A DNA stretch of 64,000 nucleotides from Myxococcota bacterium. Lineage in GTDB: Bacteria; Myxococcota_A; UBA796; GCA-2862545. The stretch spans positions 1-64,000 of the forward strand of contig JBCCQY010000017.1 of NCBI GenBank assembly GCA_039208735.1, given 5' to 3'. This document shows positions 1 to 9,330 of the stretch, in pieces. The notes below the pieces were generated by a model that saw nothing but the letters and a program-made list of their open reading frames with translations, made no database searches and was not told the DNA's origin. Each line of letters opens with the position of its first letter. Positions within the stretch are counted from its first letter, which is position 1. A program made the translations under genes and the position numbers.

Positions 1-585
1 TTCGATGGCTCCGCCAATGCGACGGGCGCCGGGTCCGCGAACGGATTCGATGGCTCCGCCAATGCGACGGGCGCCGGGTCCGCGAACGGATTCGATGGCT
101 CCGCGGACGCCGCAGGGGCGGGATCCGCGAACGGATTCGATGGCTCCGCGGACGTCGCAGAGGCGGGCTCCGCGAACGGGTTCGATGGCTCCGCGGACGC
201 CGCAGGGGCGGGCTCCGCGAACGGGTTCGATGGCTCCGCCGATCCGACAGGCGCGGGATCCGCGAACGGATTCGATGGCTCCGCGGACGCCGCAGGGGCG
301 GGCTCCGCGAACGGGTTCGATGGCTCCGCCAATGCGACGGGCGCGGGATCTGCGAACGGGTTCGACGGCTCCGTCGATGCGACAGGCGCGGGATCCGCGA
401 ACGGATTCGACGGCTCCGCCGATGCAACAGGCGCGGGATCCGCGAACGGGTTCGACGGCTCCGCCGATGCAACAGGCGCGGGATCCGCGAACGGATTCGA
501 CGGCTCGGCTGATGCGACGGGAGCCGGGTCTGCGAACGGGTTCGACGGCTCTGCGGGAGTCGGATCCGCCAACGGGTTCGCGGCA
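1..585 (-). repeat. 45-bp coding tandem repeat, ~13 copies, encoding AEPSNPFA(D/E)PAPxxx
   Basis: The TTCGA(T/C)GGCTC-type unit start recurs every 45 bp at 1, 46, 91, 136, 181 ... 541 and degenerates toward ~600. Confidence 0.95.
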
Positions 586-1595
586 ACCGCACCAGCGACC
601 GGAGCAGGATCCGCGAACGGATTGGCGGGTGCAGGGCGACTCGCTCCTGAAGGCTTGGGGGCGGTGTAGGCAAACGGGCTGGCCGGGCCATCCTCCGGGT
701 CGGTCGCTGGATCCTCATCGTCGAACGAAGGCACCAACGTGATGTCTGGCGAGGGCAGCACCGGCCGGGGCATGGGCGTTCCGATCGGACGAGGCTGGCG
801 TTCGATCTCGAGCTCGACGAGCAACCGTGCGGTGAGCCACCGGTAGGCGTCCAGTGCGTCGAGGCCCGCCGCCGCGAGATCGGTGCCCGCAGCTAACGAA
901 GGCACCACACTCTCGACCTGTGCGGTCAGGGCTGCGGAATGGGGCAGGACCTCCATGACCCAGTGGTCTAGAATCGGCACGATCGTCGGCAGCGTGCGCC
1001 GCGCCAAATCCACCCCGTCCGCACCCACCACGGTGCGAAGACGCGTCCAATCTGCGGACCGATCCCCCTTCACCAGTTGGGCGACGAACGAACCGCCCGC
1101 ATCCGCAGCGGCGACGCCCAACGGGATCGCAACCTCGGCTACGGCGTAGAACTGAAGCAGCGGCTGGGCCGGCGCTCGATCGACGACGCTGGCCGCTCCT
1201 CCGTCGGCGAGCCGCCCCATCACATACGCAAGCGAACGAGCCTTGAATGAAGCATCGTCGCGCTGTGGATCACGGTTCGAGGGCCCCCCCCCAAACAAGC
1301 CCATGAACACCGATTGAACCCCGCCGAGCAACGTGCTCGAACGATCGTTGGCATCGATGGCCTTTGCCACATCTAAGACCGCCTCCGCCGCAGGCGAGGC
1401 GAGGGCTTCCCGCATCGCCTGGGCGCGTCCCGGTTCGAGAGACGGTGCCGCCGCATCGAGCGATGGGTACCACCGAAGGGGCTCGGCCCCAGGCAACACC
1501 GAAAAGAGCGACTGCAACGCCCGGACGGTCAGCGATGAGGCCGGAAAGTCCTGAAGTTCCCCTTCGATGCGTCCCACCGTTGTCTCGCTCATCAT
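1..1595 (-). CDS. Hypothetical protein, 3' end truncated by the window edge: ~280-aa domain paralogous to 1775..2635, followed by an acidic Pro-rich NPF repeat tail
   Basis: Manual translation gives an open frame from ATG 1595 (MMSETTVGRIEGELQDFPASSLTVRALQSLF...) to the left edge. It is absent from the ORF track because its stop lies outside the window. A G-run RBS-like sequence lies upstream. Confidence 0.85.
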   Translation of the reverse strand, partial: MMSETTVGRIEGELQDFPASSLTVRALQSLFSVLPGAEPLRWYPSLDAAAPSLEPGRAQAMREALASPAAEAVLDVAKAIDANDRSSTLLGGVQSVFMGLFGGGPSNRDPQRDDASFKARSLAYVMGRLADGGAASVVDRAPAQPLLQFYAVAEVAIPLGVAAADAGGSFVAQLVKGDRSADWTRLRTVVGADGVDLARRTLPTIVPILDHWVMEVLPHSAALTAQVESVVPSLAAGTDLAAAGLDALDAYRWLTARLLVELEIERQPRPIGTPMPRPVLPSPDITLVPSFDDEDPATDPEDGPASPFAYTAPKPSGASRPAPANPFADPAPVAGAVAANPLADPTPAEPSNPFADPAPVASAEPSNPFADPAPVASAEPSNPFADPAPVASAEPSNPFADPAPVASTEPSNPFADPAPVALAEPSNPFAEPAPAASAEPSNPFADPAPVGSAEPSNPFAEPAPAASAEPSNPFAEPASATSAEPSNPFADPAPAASAEPSNPFADPAPVALAEPSNPFADPAPVALAEPS

Positions 1596-1774
1596 CCCCC
1601 CGGATCCCGTACCGGCGCCGTTCCTCATGTGCTCAGACGACTCGCGTCTGTCGAGCCCTCACGATCGCCCGCGTCGCGGCGGGGTCCTGCTGGTACCCCC
1701 GAACACGAGCGTCCGGTCAGCTTCGTACGAAATGCCTGGTTAGCCATGCCCGTACCCATTCGCGGGAGGCCATC

Positions 1775-2635
1775 ATGTCCCGAATTCACGAAGCCTTGAA
1801 CGAATTCAACCAAGAGTCGGTCACCTGGAAGATGCTCCAGGCCATCTACTCGACGATTCCGTACTCACCGACCTTCGATTTCTGGTCGTCGGTCGACGAC
1901 GCCACCCGCGAGCTCGCTCCCAACGCCACCGAGGAGCAACTGCAGCTGGCCCGCCAGATTGGCGAAGGCAATAAGCAGGTCGGCAACATCATCTGGATGG
2001 CGAGCCTGCTCGACGCTGGCGACAAAGGCTACGCGGTGATCACAGGCCTTGCCACCGCCTTCAAGCTCTTCTCGGGCAAGGGCGTCGAAGCCCTCGAGAC
2101 CGATGACCAACAGCGCAACGACGCCGTGTTGAAGGCGCTGGGCGTCTCCTACATGGTCTACAACGCCTACCCGGGCACGCTGGCCGAACGCGCCGAGGCG
2201 TTCCGCAAGTCGCCCACCGGCCAAGCGCTCTCGATCTACTACGGCACCGTCGAAGTTGCGCTTCCGTTCGCGGACAACGTGGCGTTCGCCAGCGGCAGTG
2301 CACTGTCAAACCTGCTCTCGAGCGAAGGACAGGCCCAGTTCGGTCGGCTCACGCAGATGGCGGGAAGCGGCGGCCAGGACCTGCAAGGCGCAGCACAGAT
2401 GTTGGCCCAGCTCACCGAGCAGTTTCAGCGGGTGGCGACCCACACTGCGGGCTACGTCAAGCCAGTTGCCGAGTCGATCGGTCCACACCTGCCCAACGCA
2501 ATGAATGCAGCCGACAAGGCCGCTGGCGTCATCGCCAATGCCGCGGACGTCATGCCCGTGTACCGACTCCTTGGCGGCCGCCTGGCGGCTGAGTCCGCCG
2601 TCTTGCGCGCACTCAATCCGTCGACGTCGGCGTAG
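1775..2635 (+). CDS. Hypothetical protein (286 aa, unknown helical domain)
   Basis: ATG 1775 with GGGAGG RBS, inside ORF 1364..2635. Coding-like codon usage. Confidence 0.85.
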   Translation: MSRIHEALNEFNQESVTWKMLQAIYSTIPYSPTFDFWSSVDDATRELAPNATEEQLQLARQIGEGNKQVGNIIWMASLLDAGDKGYAVITGLATAFKLFSGKGVEALETDDQQRNDAVLKALGVSYMVYNAYPGTLAERAEAFRKSPTGQALSIYYGTVEVALPFADNVAFASGSALSNLLSSEGQAQFGRLTQMAGSGGQDLQGAAQMLAQLTEQFQRVATHTAGYVKPVAESIGPHLPNAMNAADKAAGVIANAADVMPVYRLLGGRLAAESAVLRALNPSTSA

Positions 2636-3206
2636 GCTTCGCCTCCCGCACCAGTGGAAGCTCGATGAGCTGAAGTCCGTTGGCGGTCACGCGATCGGTC
2701 CCCTTGTCGGGACCTTGCCACAGCACCGTATGGGTCTCATAGCCGTTGCCCATACCTGGATCAAAGCGGAACACCGTCCGCTCGGAGCCGGTTTCGAGGA
2801 CTTCGTAGTCCACCGGCCCGAACGACTCCCGCAGCCCGTCGGTCTCGACCTGAACCGTCACGCGGCCCTCGGCCACGACGTAGTGAGCACGGGTCATGCG
2901 GAGCTTCTTCTCCATCTTACGGACGTCCCGGCCTTTCTTTCGCGACCAGGTCTCGTACAGGTCCTTCTCGTCACGCTCGAGCTTGCCCAAGCCCTGGGTC
3001 CGAAGCGGCTCCGACGAAAGTGCAGCCCCGATGATGGCAAACCGACGTTTGCGTTCGTCATCCAGCTCGACCCGCCAGGTGCCTTCGACCGTTTGCTGGG
3101 TGGCCTTCGCAGGATCGATCTCCTCGAGGTCCTCTGGCTCGATGTCGACCGAGGTGCCGGATGCACACCCCAACCACACCGTCGCGACCCATCCGATTCC
3201 CCACAT
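2613..3206 (-). CDS. Putative lipoprotein, hypothetical
   Basis: Start MWGIGWVATVWLG-C with GGGAGG RBS and a lipobox-like Cys. Confidence 0.7.
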   Translation of the reverse strand: MWGIGWVATVWLGCASGTSVDIEPEDLEEIDPAKATQQTVEGTWRVELDDERKRRFAIIGAALSSEPLRTQGLGKLERDEKDLYETWSRKKGRDVRKMEKKLRMTRAHYVVAEGRVTVQVETDGLRESFGPVDYEVLETGSERTVFRFDPGMGNGYETHTVLWQGPDKGTDRVTANGLQLIELPLVREAKPTPTSTD

Positions 3207-3312
3207 CTCGTCCTCCCAGCGCTCGCCCGCTCCTAACGCGTGCGAACGCTCGTCCAAGCGCCGCTTGGATACACCGGTCACGGGACGCAGCCCAGGCTGC
3301 GATGGAGGACCC

Positions 3313-4215
3313 ATGATGCGCATCTTCCTCGCCCTCCTGGGGCTCAGCACGGCCTGCACGGGCGACAATGCCAAAGACGACAGCGGCACCTCGGCCGACG
3401 CCGACACCGATGCCGATACCGACTCGGACACCGACACCGATACGGACACCGATACCGACGCCGACCCGATGACCGAAGCCATGCTCCGGGTACTCCATCT
3501 GGGACAGGGCGCTCCCGCGGTCGACATCTTCGTGGACGGCGCCACGCCACCCGCGGCCACCCTCGCCTTCCCCTCGCCAGACGACGCGTTCGACAGCGGC
3601 ACCGCCTACCTCACCCTTGCGTCTGGCCCCCACGACATCGCAGTCAGCGCCGCCAAAGAAGGGATTGACCAGGCCATCCTCGAAGTGATGGCGCTCCCGC
3701 TTGCCGTGGACACCACCACGGGTGCCGCGGCAGTGGGCTTTCTCTCGCAGCTCGACACCAAGAATCCTGCGAACAACGGGCCATTCGCCTTGCAGATCAT
3801 CACCGTGAGCGAGGACGCCACCAAGCTCAACGGACAGACCCGACTCACGCTGGTGCACGCGGGAGCAGGGATTGGGCCGGTCGACGTTCGACTCGACGAT
3901 GGCGACGCCGATCCTAAAAACGATCCGCGGCTCGCGGACAATCTGGCGTTCGGCAGCGTCGCGGCGACGCCCGTGGAGTACGCACCGGCTGCGGTCCGCG
4001 TCTACATCGACGCCAGCCCCAACAATGGAACGAACGACGCCGACTTCGTGTTCGATGTGCCGGACGTCGGTGAGTCGGCGAACACGGTCTACGTCTACAA
4101 CGAAGCCCCTGACGGCACACCGACTCCACAAGTAAAGGTCGCCGTCCACCGCATCGAGCCCAACGGAACCGGAGTGGCTGAGCCCACCATCCTCTCACCG
4201 GTGGTCTTCGAATAG
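3313..4215 (+). CDS. DUF4397-like lipoprotein with an acidic (DT/DA)n linker
   Basis: Lipobox LSTA-C and GGAGG RBS. Two LRVLHLGQGAPAVDIFVDG / LTLVHAGAGIGPVDV units are typical of DUF4397. Confidence 0.8.
   Translation: MMRIFLALLGLSTACTGDNAKDDSGTSADADTDADTDSDTDTDTDTDTDADPMTEAMLRVLHLGQGAPAVDIFVDGATPPAATLAFPSPDDAFDSGTAYLTLASGPHDIAVSAAKEGIDQAILEVMALPLAVDTTTGAAAVGFLSQLDTKNPANNGPFALQIITVSEDATKLNGQTRLTLVHAGAGIGPVDVRLDDGDADPKNDPRLADNLAFGSVAATPVEYAPAAVRVYIDASPNNGTNDADFVFDVPDVGESANTVYVYNEAPDGTPTPQVKVAVHRIEPNGTGVAEPTILSPVVFE
3390..3468 (+). repeat. 6-bp GAC/GAT-ACC/GCC low-complexity repeat encoding a DTDTDAD linker
   Basis: Directly visible in the sequence. Confidence 0.85.
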
Positions 4216-4224
4216 ATCGCGATA

Positions 4225-4276
4225 GGGACGTCGGCGCCGCTCGGGCGCCGGAGGGTTCCCTTGCTTTCTATTTTCT
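4225..4276 (+). terminator. Possible intrinsic terminator
   Basis: Stem CGGCGCC-loop-GGCGCCG (4232-4250), flanked by GGGA/TCCC and followed by a T-rich tract. It overlaps the TTG start of the next gene. Confidence 0.4.
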
Positions 4277-5457
4277 TTGTTCTTTCTTCATTTTCGAAGA
4301 GCCTAATCTGTGACGAGGCCCAGACCGGCCCGGTGGTCCTGAACGAAATCCACGCAGATCCAGCCGGCGATGATGCAGGTCGGGAGTGGATTGAACTCAC
4401 CACGCCGCTTGACCGCCCCCCCGTCGATCTGACGGGCTGGACGATCCTTGCGGGCACCCGTTCGCTGACTTCCTCGACCGAATTTCCGCCCCTCGTCCTC
4501 CAACCTGGCGAACACCTTGTCGTCGGACCAAGCCCGCTCGCCGACCTCAACCTCGCCCTCCCCACGCTGGGGAACGCGGGCTCAAACGCCGACGCGGTTC
4601 AGTTGCGAGACTGTACGGGCACCGTGGTCGACACCGTGGTGTACGGAACCCCCAACCTGGATGGGTTCCTGGACGACTCCGGGACTCCCGCGACCGCCTT
4701 GGCCCCTGCACCACCCACCGGAGGGAGCTTGGCCCGTCGTCCAGACGGGTTCGACTCCGACGCGAGCGACGCAGACTTCGTCGCCGTAGCCCTGCCGACC
4801 CCTGGTGAAGCCAACGATCTTGGCTTCACCTGCATGACCGGCGACCTCGTTGTGAACGAAGCCCTCGTGAATCCCGCGGGTGCCGATGGGTCCCAAGAAT
4901 GGATCGAACTCTACAATCGCGGCCATAAAGCCGTGTCGGTCGCCGATTGGTCGATCCGGGCTCACACCCGTAGCGATCGGTTTGTTCGGACCTTCTTCCC
5001 GGATCATCTTGTGGAACCTGGCACGTTTTGGGTGTTGGACGAAGGGCCGCTGCACCTGGGCAATGGGGCCGGCACCGATGGGCTCATCCTCGAAGATTGT
5101 CGGGGCGCGACGATCGACACGGTGGTGTATGGGGAGCCTGGCAATGCAGACGGAATCCTCGATGACGAAGGCTGGCTCACCGAGCCCTACGCGGATCCGG
5201 GCACGGAACAGGTTCTGGCCCGGTGGTCCGATGGTCACGACACGAATTCAGCCGACGATTGGGCGATTCGGTCGGTAGGTTCACCAGGCTCGACCAATCA
5301 GCGAACCGCTTCCCACGAACCCGTCGGAGGGTGCGCCGACGCCCCACCACCGCGCTCCGCCCCGTCCCCGAAAGCCCCCGCGAGCTGTACGTTCACCAGG
5401 CTGGGCGGCCTGGGTTGGGGATGGCTCCTCGTGTGGCTACTTCGACGCCATCGGTAA
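4261..5457 (+). CDS. Lamin-tail-domain (LTD) x2 surface protein with a MYXO-CTERM-like C-terminal anchor
   Basis: Two VxNE..DP.G.D...EWIEL...DTVVYG...SPGxxN units. The C-terminus has GGC/SC, a hydrophobic stretch and RRHR. Confidence 0.8.
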   Translation: MLSIFFVLSSFSKSLICDEAQTGPVVLNEIHADPAGDDAGREWIELTTPLDRPPVDLTGWTILAGTRSLTSSTEFPPLVLQPGEHLVVGPSPLADLNLALPTLGNAGSNADAVQLRDCTGTVVDTVVYGTPNLDGFLDDSGTPATALAPAPPTGGSLARRPDGFDSDASDADFVAVALPTPGEANDLGFTCMTGDLVVNEALVNPAGADGSQEWIELYNRGHKAVSVADWSIRAHTRSDRFVRTFFPDHLVEPGTFWVLDEGPLHLGNGAGTDGLILEDCRGATIDTVVYGEPGNADGILDDEGWLTEPYADPGTEQVLARWSDGHDTNSADDWAIRSVGSPGSTNQRTASHEPVGGCADAPPPRSAPSPKAPASCTFTRLGGLGWGWLLVWLLRRHR

Positions 5458-6078
5458 ATCGATGACGTGACCCATCCGTTCCACCTTCGCGTTCAGATAC
5501 CCCTCACTGTGCGGGTTCGTACCCACTTCGACAGGGACCCGGCCAGCGATGGAAACGCCGAGGTCACGGAGCTTTTCGATCTTGCGAGGATTGTTGGTCA
5601 TAAGCAGGATGTCGTTGACATCAAGATCGCGAAGGATGGCTTCGGCCGCATCGTACCGCCGGGCATCGTCGGGCAGGCCCAACGCCCGATTCGCGTCAAC
5701 GGTATCGAGGCCCTGTTCCTGCAGTGCGTACGCAGCAATTTTGTTGGCAAGGCCAATCCCTCGGCCTTCCTGACGCAGGTAGATGACGATGCCACCCCCT
5801 TGGTTTCGAATAAACTCCAGGGCGTATTCGAGCTGGTCCTTACAGTCACACTTGAGCGAGCCAAAGACCTCGCTCGTGGCACATTCGTCATGGACACGGA
5901 CAGGGAGGTGCCGACGGCCTTCTACGTCGCCCCAGATGAGGGCAACGGGTTCCGTGTTGTCGTTGTGGTCGCGGTACGCGCGCACGCGGTATCGACCGCG
6001 TTCCGTAGGCAGCAGCGTCTCGGCGACGAACTCCACGGGTCGGATGGGACGAGACTCGTGGGATGGAGGTTGTGGCAT
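5437..6078 (-). CDS. ribA: GTP cyclohydrolase II
   Basis: VRVHDECATSEVFGSLKCDC, YLRQEGRGIGL, LMTNNPRK and YLNAKVERMGH motifs. Start uncertain (6078 or further upstream). Confidence 0.95.
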   Translation of the reverse strand: MPQPPSHESRPIRPVEFVAETLLPTERGRYRVRAYRDHNDNTEPVALIWGDVEGRRHLPVRVHDECATSEVFGSLKCDCKDQLEYALEFIRNQGGGIVIYLRQEGRGIGLANKIAAYALQEQGLDTVDANRALGLPDDARRYDAAEAILRDLDVNDILLMTNNPRKIEKLRDLGVSIAGRVPVEVGTNPHSEGYLNAKVERMGHVIDLPMASK

Positions 6079-6224
6079 GGCGTTCTCATTGGAGATGCAG
6101 TGCATTGGCGTCTGTCGTACAGTGTCTAACGTTTCGCCTGCGTCACTGATTTGAGCCCCACCCGCATCTGCGGCACCTCCCCGGGTGGGTAAGGAAGACG
6201 GTCGGGTCACATGAGGGACGAGCT

Positions 6225-7364
6225 ATGGTAGCTCGCATGCCTTGGTTCTTCCTTGCCGCTGGTGGGTTGGCCTCCGCCGCTTCGCCCACCTTCCGGCTCG
6301 ACGATTTCGAGGTCACCCTGGCCCTGCCCGAGGGCAAATGGCGCTTACGACGCTGGTCAGGTCGCGAAGTGGTTGTAGACCTGTCGCAGGCCCAAGGAAC
6401 CGTCCGGCTCGTCGCGTGGGGCACCCCCATTCAAGTGCCGATCGACGATCCCCTCGCGTGGCAGTCCCTCTATGAAACCCACGTTGCAGAGTGGGGAGGC
6501 CACTCCGAAGGGGTCACCGCGGCTCGGATGGTTCGCATTGCGTCCCGACCTGTCGCTTTTACCGATCTGACCTTTCGCGATCCCGCCGAACGCGCCCTCC
6601 ACGCGGCGAGCCTGGCCGTGCCTGGAGCGAACTTGCACGTTGCGGTCGCGGTCCCCAAAGGCGCGACCGAGCTGGGTGACACGCTGCGGCGGAGCGTGAT
6701 CGAGGGCGCCACCATCGCGACGTCACCTCCAGACCGTCACCCTCCCGTGCTCGACACCGTGGGTGGTACCATCCGGCTTCCCCCAGGCTGGCGACGCCCC
6801 CTCGACCAAGAACGCATGCAGCTCGTGGCTCCACGGACGACGCTACAGGGGCCCCCGCGCGAGACGTGCGATGTTGCCCTTCGTCCCTACGCCGGGGTCG
6901 CGCCTGCCTTGCTCTTCGTCTGTCATCGTGACCTCTGGGTCGGTGTCGTTGACCAACACTCCGTTCCCTGGGTCGACGAAACCTTGCGGCAGGCGGTATT
7001 CGGAGCTGACCACGAACCCGCCACCGTCGTGGAGTTGGACGAAGGACTCGGATTCCGGTTTGGCACCCTGCAAGCGGGCACGCCGATCGCGGGCCTCCTC
7101 CCCCAGGCAAACGGCGTCACCCAGCTCGAATTGATCGGCCCTGCCGATCGCCAGGCTGCATTGATCGACGATCTCGACACGGCCATGCGGGGAGCGACGC
7201 TTGCGGGCCCTCATCCCGCCTCGCTCTTCGAGTGGGTGTGGTACTGGCTGCGGGTGCGGCCCACATCGCTCCCCACGCTCCTTGGCCTCGGGTTGTGTCT
7301 CGCCTTCGTCGGCGGGCTGGCCCGGGCGATCGTGACCCGTCGCAACGCGGAGGTCTCCCCATGA
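6225..7364 (+). CDS. Hypothetical exported protein with a C-terminal TM anchor
   Basis: N-terminal signal-like segment and C-terminal hydrophobic helix followed by RR. ATGA overlap with the next gene. Confidence 0.7.
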   Translation: MVARMPWFFLAAGGLASAASPTFRLDDFEVTLALPEGKWRLRRWSGREVVVDLSQAQGTVRLVAWGTPIQVPIDDPLAWQSLYETHVAEWGGHSEGVTAARMVRIASRPVAFTDLTFRDPAERALHAASLAVPGANLHVAVAVPKGATELGDTLRRSVIEGATIATSPPDRHPPVLDTVGGTIRLPPGWRRPLDQERMQLVAPRTTLQGPPRETCDVALRPYAGVAPALLFVCHRDLWVGVVDQHSVPWVDETLRQAVFGADHEPATVVELDEGLGFRFGTLQAGTPIAGLLPQANGVTQLELIGPADRQAALIDDLDTAMRGATLAGPHPASLFEWVWYWLRVRPTSLPTLLGLGLCLAFVGGLARAIVTRRNAEVSP

Positions 7365-8074
7365 CGCTCACGGGCGCGCTGACTCCCATCTTCGACAAGC
7401 TGACGTCGCTCGCGGAACAGGGCACGACCGGGCTCGTCATCATGGATCTGGATTCGACGGCGCTATCGACAAGTGCCCGGCAGCACCGGATTCTGCTGGA
7501 CTTCGCCAACCAACATTCCGATCCTGTCTTTCTCGCGGCAGTCCGCGACATCCATCGAGAGGAAATCGGGTTTCTCATCGAAACGCCACTGCAGCGCCGT
7601 GGCATCGACGACCCCGATCTGTTCCTCAAGCTCCGCCGATTCTGGGTGCGTCGGTTCTTCACCAATGCCTACTGTCGCCTCGACATTCCCAATCCAGGAG
7701 CCCCTGAACTGGCCCGTGCCATCGTCGAGCGCGGTGGGCTGGTCTACTACCTGACCGCGCGACCCCGATCGATGTACCAAGGCACCATCGACGTGCTCGG
7801 TCGCCACGGCTTTCCCGTGCTCCGGGGCCGAGCCATCTTGCACATGAAGCCCGAGTTGATGGTTGACGACGCCAATTTCAAGGCCGAAGCCATGGCTGAA
7901 ATCGCGAGCCTAGGTCATCCCGTCGTGGCCACCTTCGAAAACGAGCCGAAGCACGCGCACACCTACCTCGAAGCGTTCCCCGACGCGACGCATGTGTTGG
8001 TCGGCTCGATCCGTTCGCCACGTGCCCCGGATCCCGATCCGCGTTTGATCGCGCTGCCAGGCTTTGTGGATTGA
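7361..8074 (+). CDS. HAD-superfamily hydrolase (acid phosphatase-like)
   Basis: Motif I VIMDLDST, motif II YLTAR, a conserved K and FENE. Confidence 0.8.
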   Translation: MTLTGALTPIFDKLTSLAEQGTTGLVIMDLDSTALSTSARQHRILLDFANQHSDPVFLAAVRDIHREEIGFLIETPLQRRGIDDPDLFLKLRRFWVRRFFTNAYCRLDIPNPGAPELARAIVERGGLVYYLTARPRSMYQGTIDVLGRHGFPVLRGRAILHMKPELMVDDANFKAEAMAEIASLGHPVVATFENEPKHAHTYLEAFPDATHVLVGSIRSPRAPDPDPRLIALPGFVD

Positions 8075-8098
8075 TCGGCTTGCAGGACGCAGACCACA

Positions 8099-8581
8099 TC
8101 AGGGATCGCGACGACAGGCCCCAACTTCGCGAACCCCGCGCACTTGGAGTCCCGAATCGCGCAGGGTCTTCTCGAGAAGCGATTCGGCTACGGCGTTCGC
8201 CGATACGCAGAAGCGAATCGGGCCTTCGCTCGGCACCTGCAAGTCGTAAAACGGCAGCGCCAGAGCCTCGAGCGCCGGCTGCAACCCCTCCACAGGAGGT
8301 TCGAGCAACACGGCGACCCAACCCGTGCCCTTGGGAAACCACCCCCAATCACAGTCGCTGCGCCCTTCGACGGGACGTCGCAGCCGGCGTTCCACACGGT
8401 TGCGGACCCGCAGCGAAGGCTGCTCCACCTCAAGGCACACCGCGCGTTGGCCGTAGGGGACCGCTCGGACCACTTTGGCCCCCCGCGCGGCCTTCGTGGC
8501 CCGACGCAGTTGGGCAGGCCGATCCGCGACCAAGACCCAAGCCGCGGCATGGCTGGTCGCTGCCCACGCCAGCAGCATCAC
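8099..8581 (-). CDS. Hypothetical secreted protein
   Basis: Signal-like MMLLAWAATSHA; translationally coupled to nadK by an ATGA overlap. Confidence 0.65.
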   Translation of the reverse strand: MMLLAWAATSHAAAWVLVADRPAQLRRATKAARGAKVVRAVPYGQRAVCLEVEQPSLRVRNRVERRLRRPVEGRSDCDWGWFPKGTGWVAVLLEPPVEGLQPALEALALPFYDLQVPSEGPIRFCVSANAVAESLLEKTLRDSGLQVRGVREVGACRRDP

Positions 8582-9330
8582 GGTCGGAGGACCTTGGTGA
8601 GCATCTGGCGCATGAAGTCATGATCATCGAGGTAGCAGAGGTGAACCCCGCGATCAGACAATCGAACCTGCATGGCCACTACGTTGTCGATGGCTCGGCC
8701 GTCCGTCACCGCACGAACGGGCCGCCAGGCGTGGTGCACCACATCGACCGAGGCCCGAGCGGTGGGCGGGAGGGCAAAGGGCGTGAGCCGCGGTTGGTGA
8801 GGACAAATGGGGGTGATCTGCAGGGCGCGGAGGGCCGGATGAGCCGGCAGTCCCCCCGCCGAGAACGTGTAGGCGGTCGATCCCAACGCGGTGGAAAAGA
8901 TGAGGCCGTCGGCGACGAGTTCCTCGACCGCCACGATGGCATTGACGGACAAGGTGAGCCGGGCCGCCTGACCCGACATGCGCTCCAAGTAGACGTCATT
9001 GACCGCCTGGACCGTCTTGACCTCTCCGCTTGCAAGCGTCAGCTCCGCCTCGAGCAAGGGAAACGCATGAGCCCGAAACTGCCCGGCCACAAGCGCACTC
9101 GCGACTCGAGCCGGTTCGGTCCCGTCGTTCAGCAAAAACCCTACATGACCGGCGTTCAGGCCCAGGTAGGCGAGCCCCACCCCGTGTTCGGCGATCATGC
9201 GCAGGAGAAACCCATCGCCCCCGATCACAATGGCGATGCCCTCGGGCGTTTCCCAATTCTCGGGAAGCTCTTCGATCAACGCGTCCCGCATGCCTCGCGC
9301 GCGCGGGTTGCGTTCGTCACACACGATCAC
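8578..9330 (-). CDS. nadK: NAD(+) kinase
   Basis: GGDG, GLNAGHVGFL, ND and DGLIFSTALGSTAY motifs. The GTG start overlaps the upstream stop. Confidence 0.92.
   Translation of the reverse strand: MIVCDERNPRARGMRDALIEELPENWETPEGIAIVIGGDGFLLRMIAEHGVGLAYLGLNAGHVGFLLNDGTEPARVASALVAGQFRAHAFPLLEAELTLASGEVKTVQAVNDVYLERMSGQAARLTLSVNAIVAVEELVADGLIFSTALGSTAYTFSAGGLPAHPALRALQITPICPHQPRLTPFALPPTARASVDVVHHAWRPVRAVTDGRAIDNVVAMQVRLSDRGVHLCYLDDHDFMRQMLTKVLRP

Noticed and set aside
1..585. CRISPR array
   Set aside because: The units are contiguous 45-bp in-frame coding repeats. The variable parts are short and related to one another rather than unique spacers, and there are no cas genes.
5..742. Plus-strand 245-aa repeat ORF (MAPPMRRAPG...)
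   Set aside because: Antisense shadow of the repeat. The minus frame continues into a domain homologous to the neighbouring gene.
1281..1292. Phase-variable homopolymer (C9 tract)
   Set aside because: The reading frame is intact (Pro-Gly-Gly-Gly region), and a single sequence gives no evidence of slippage.
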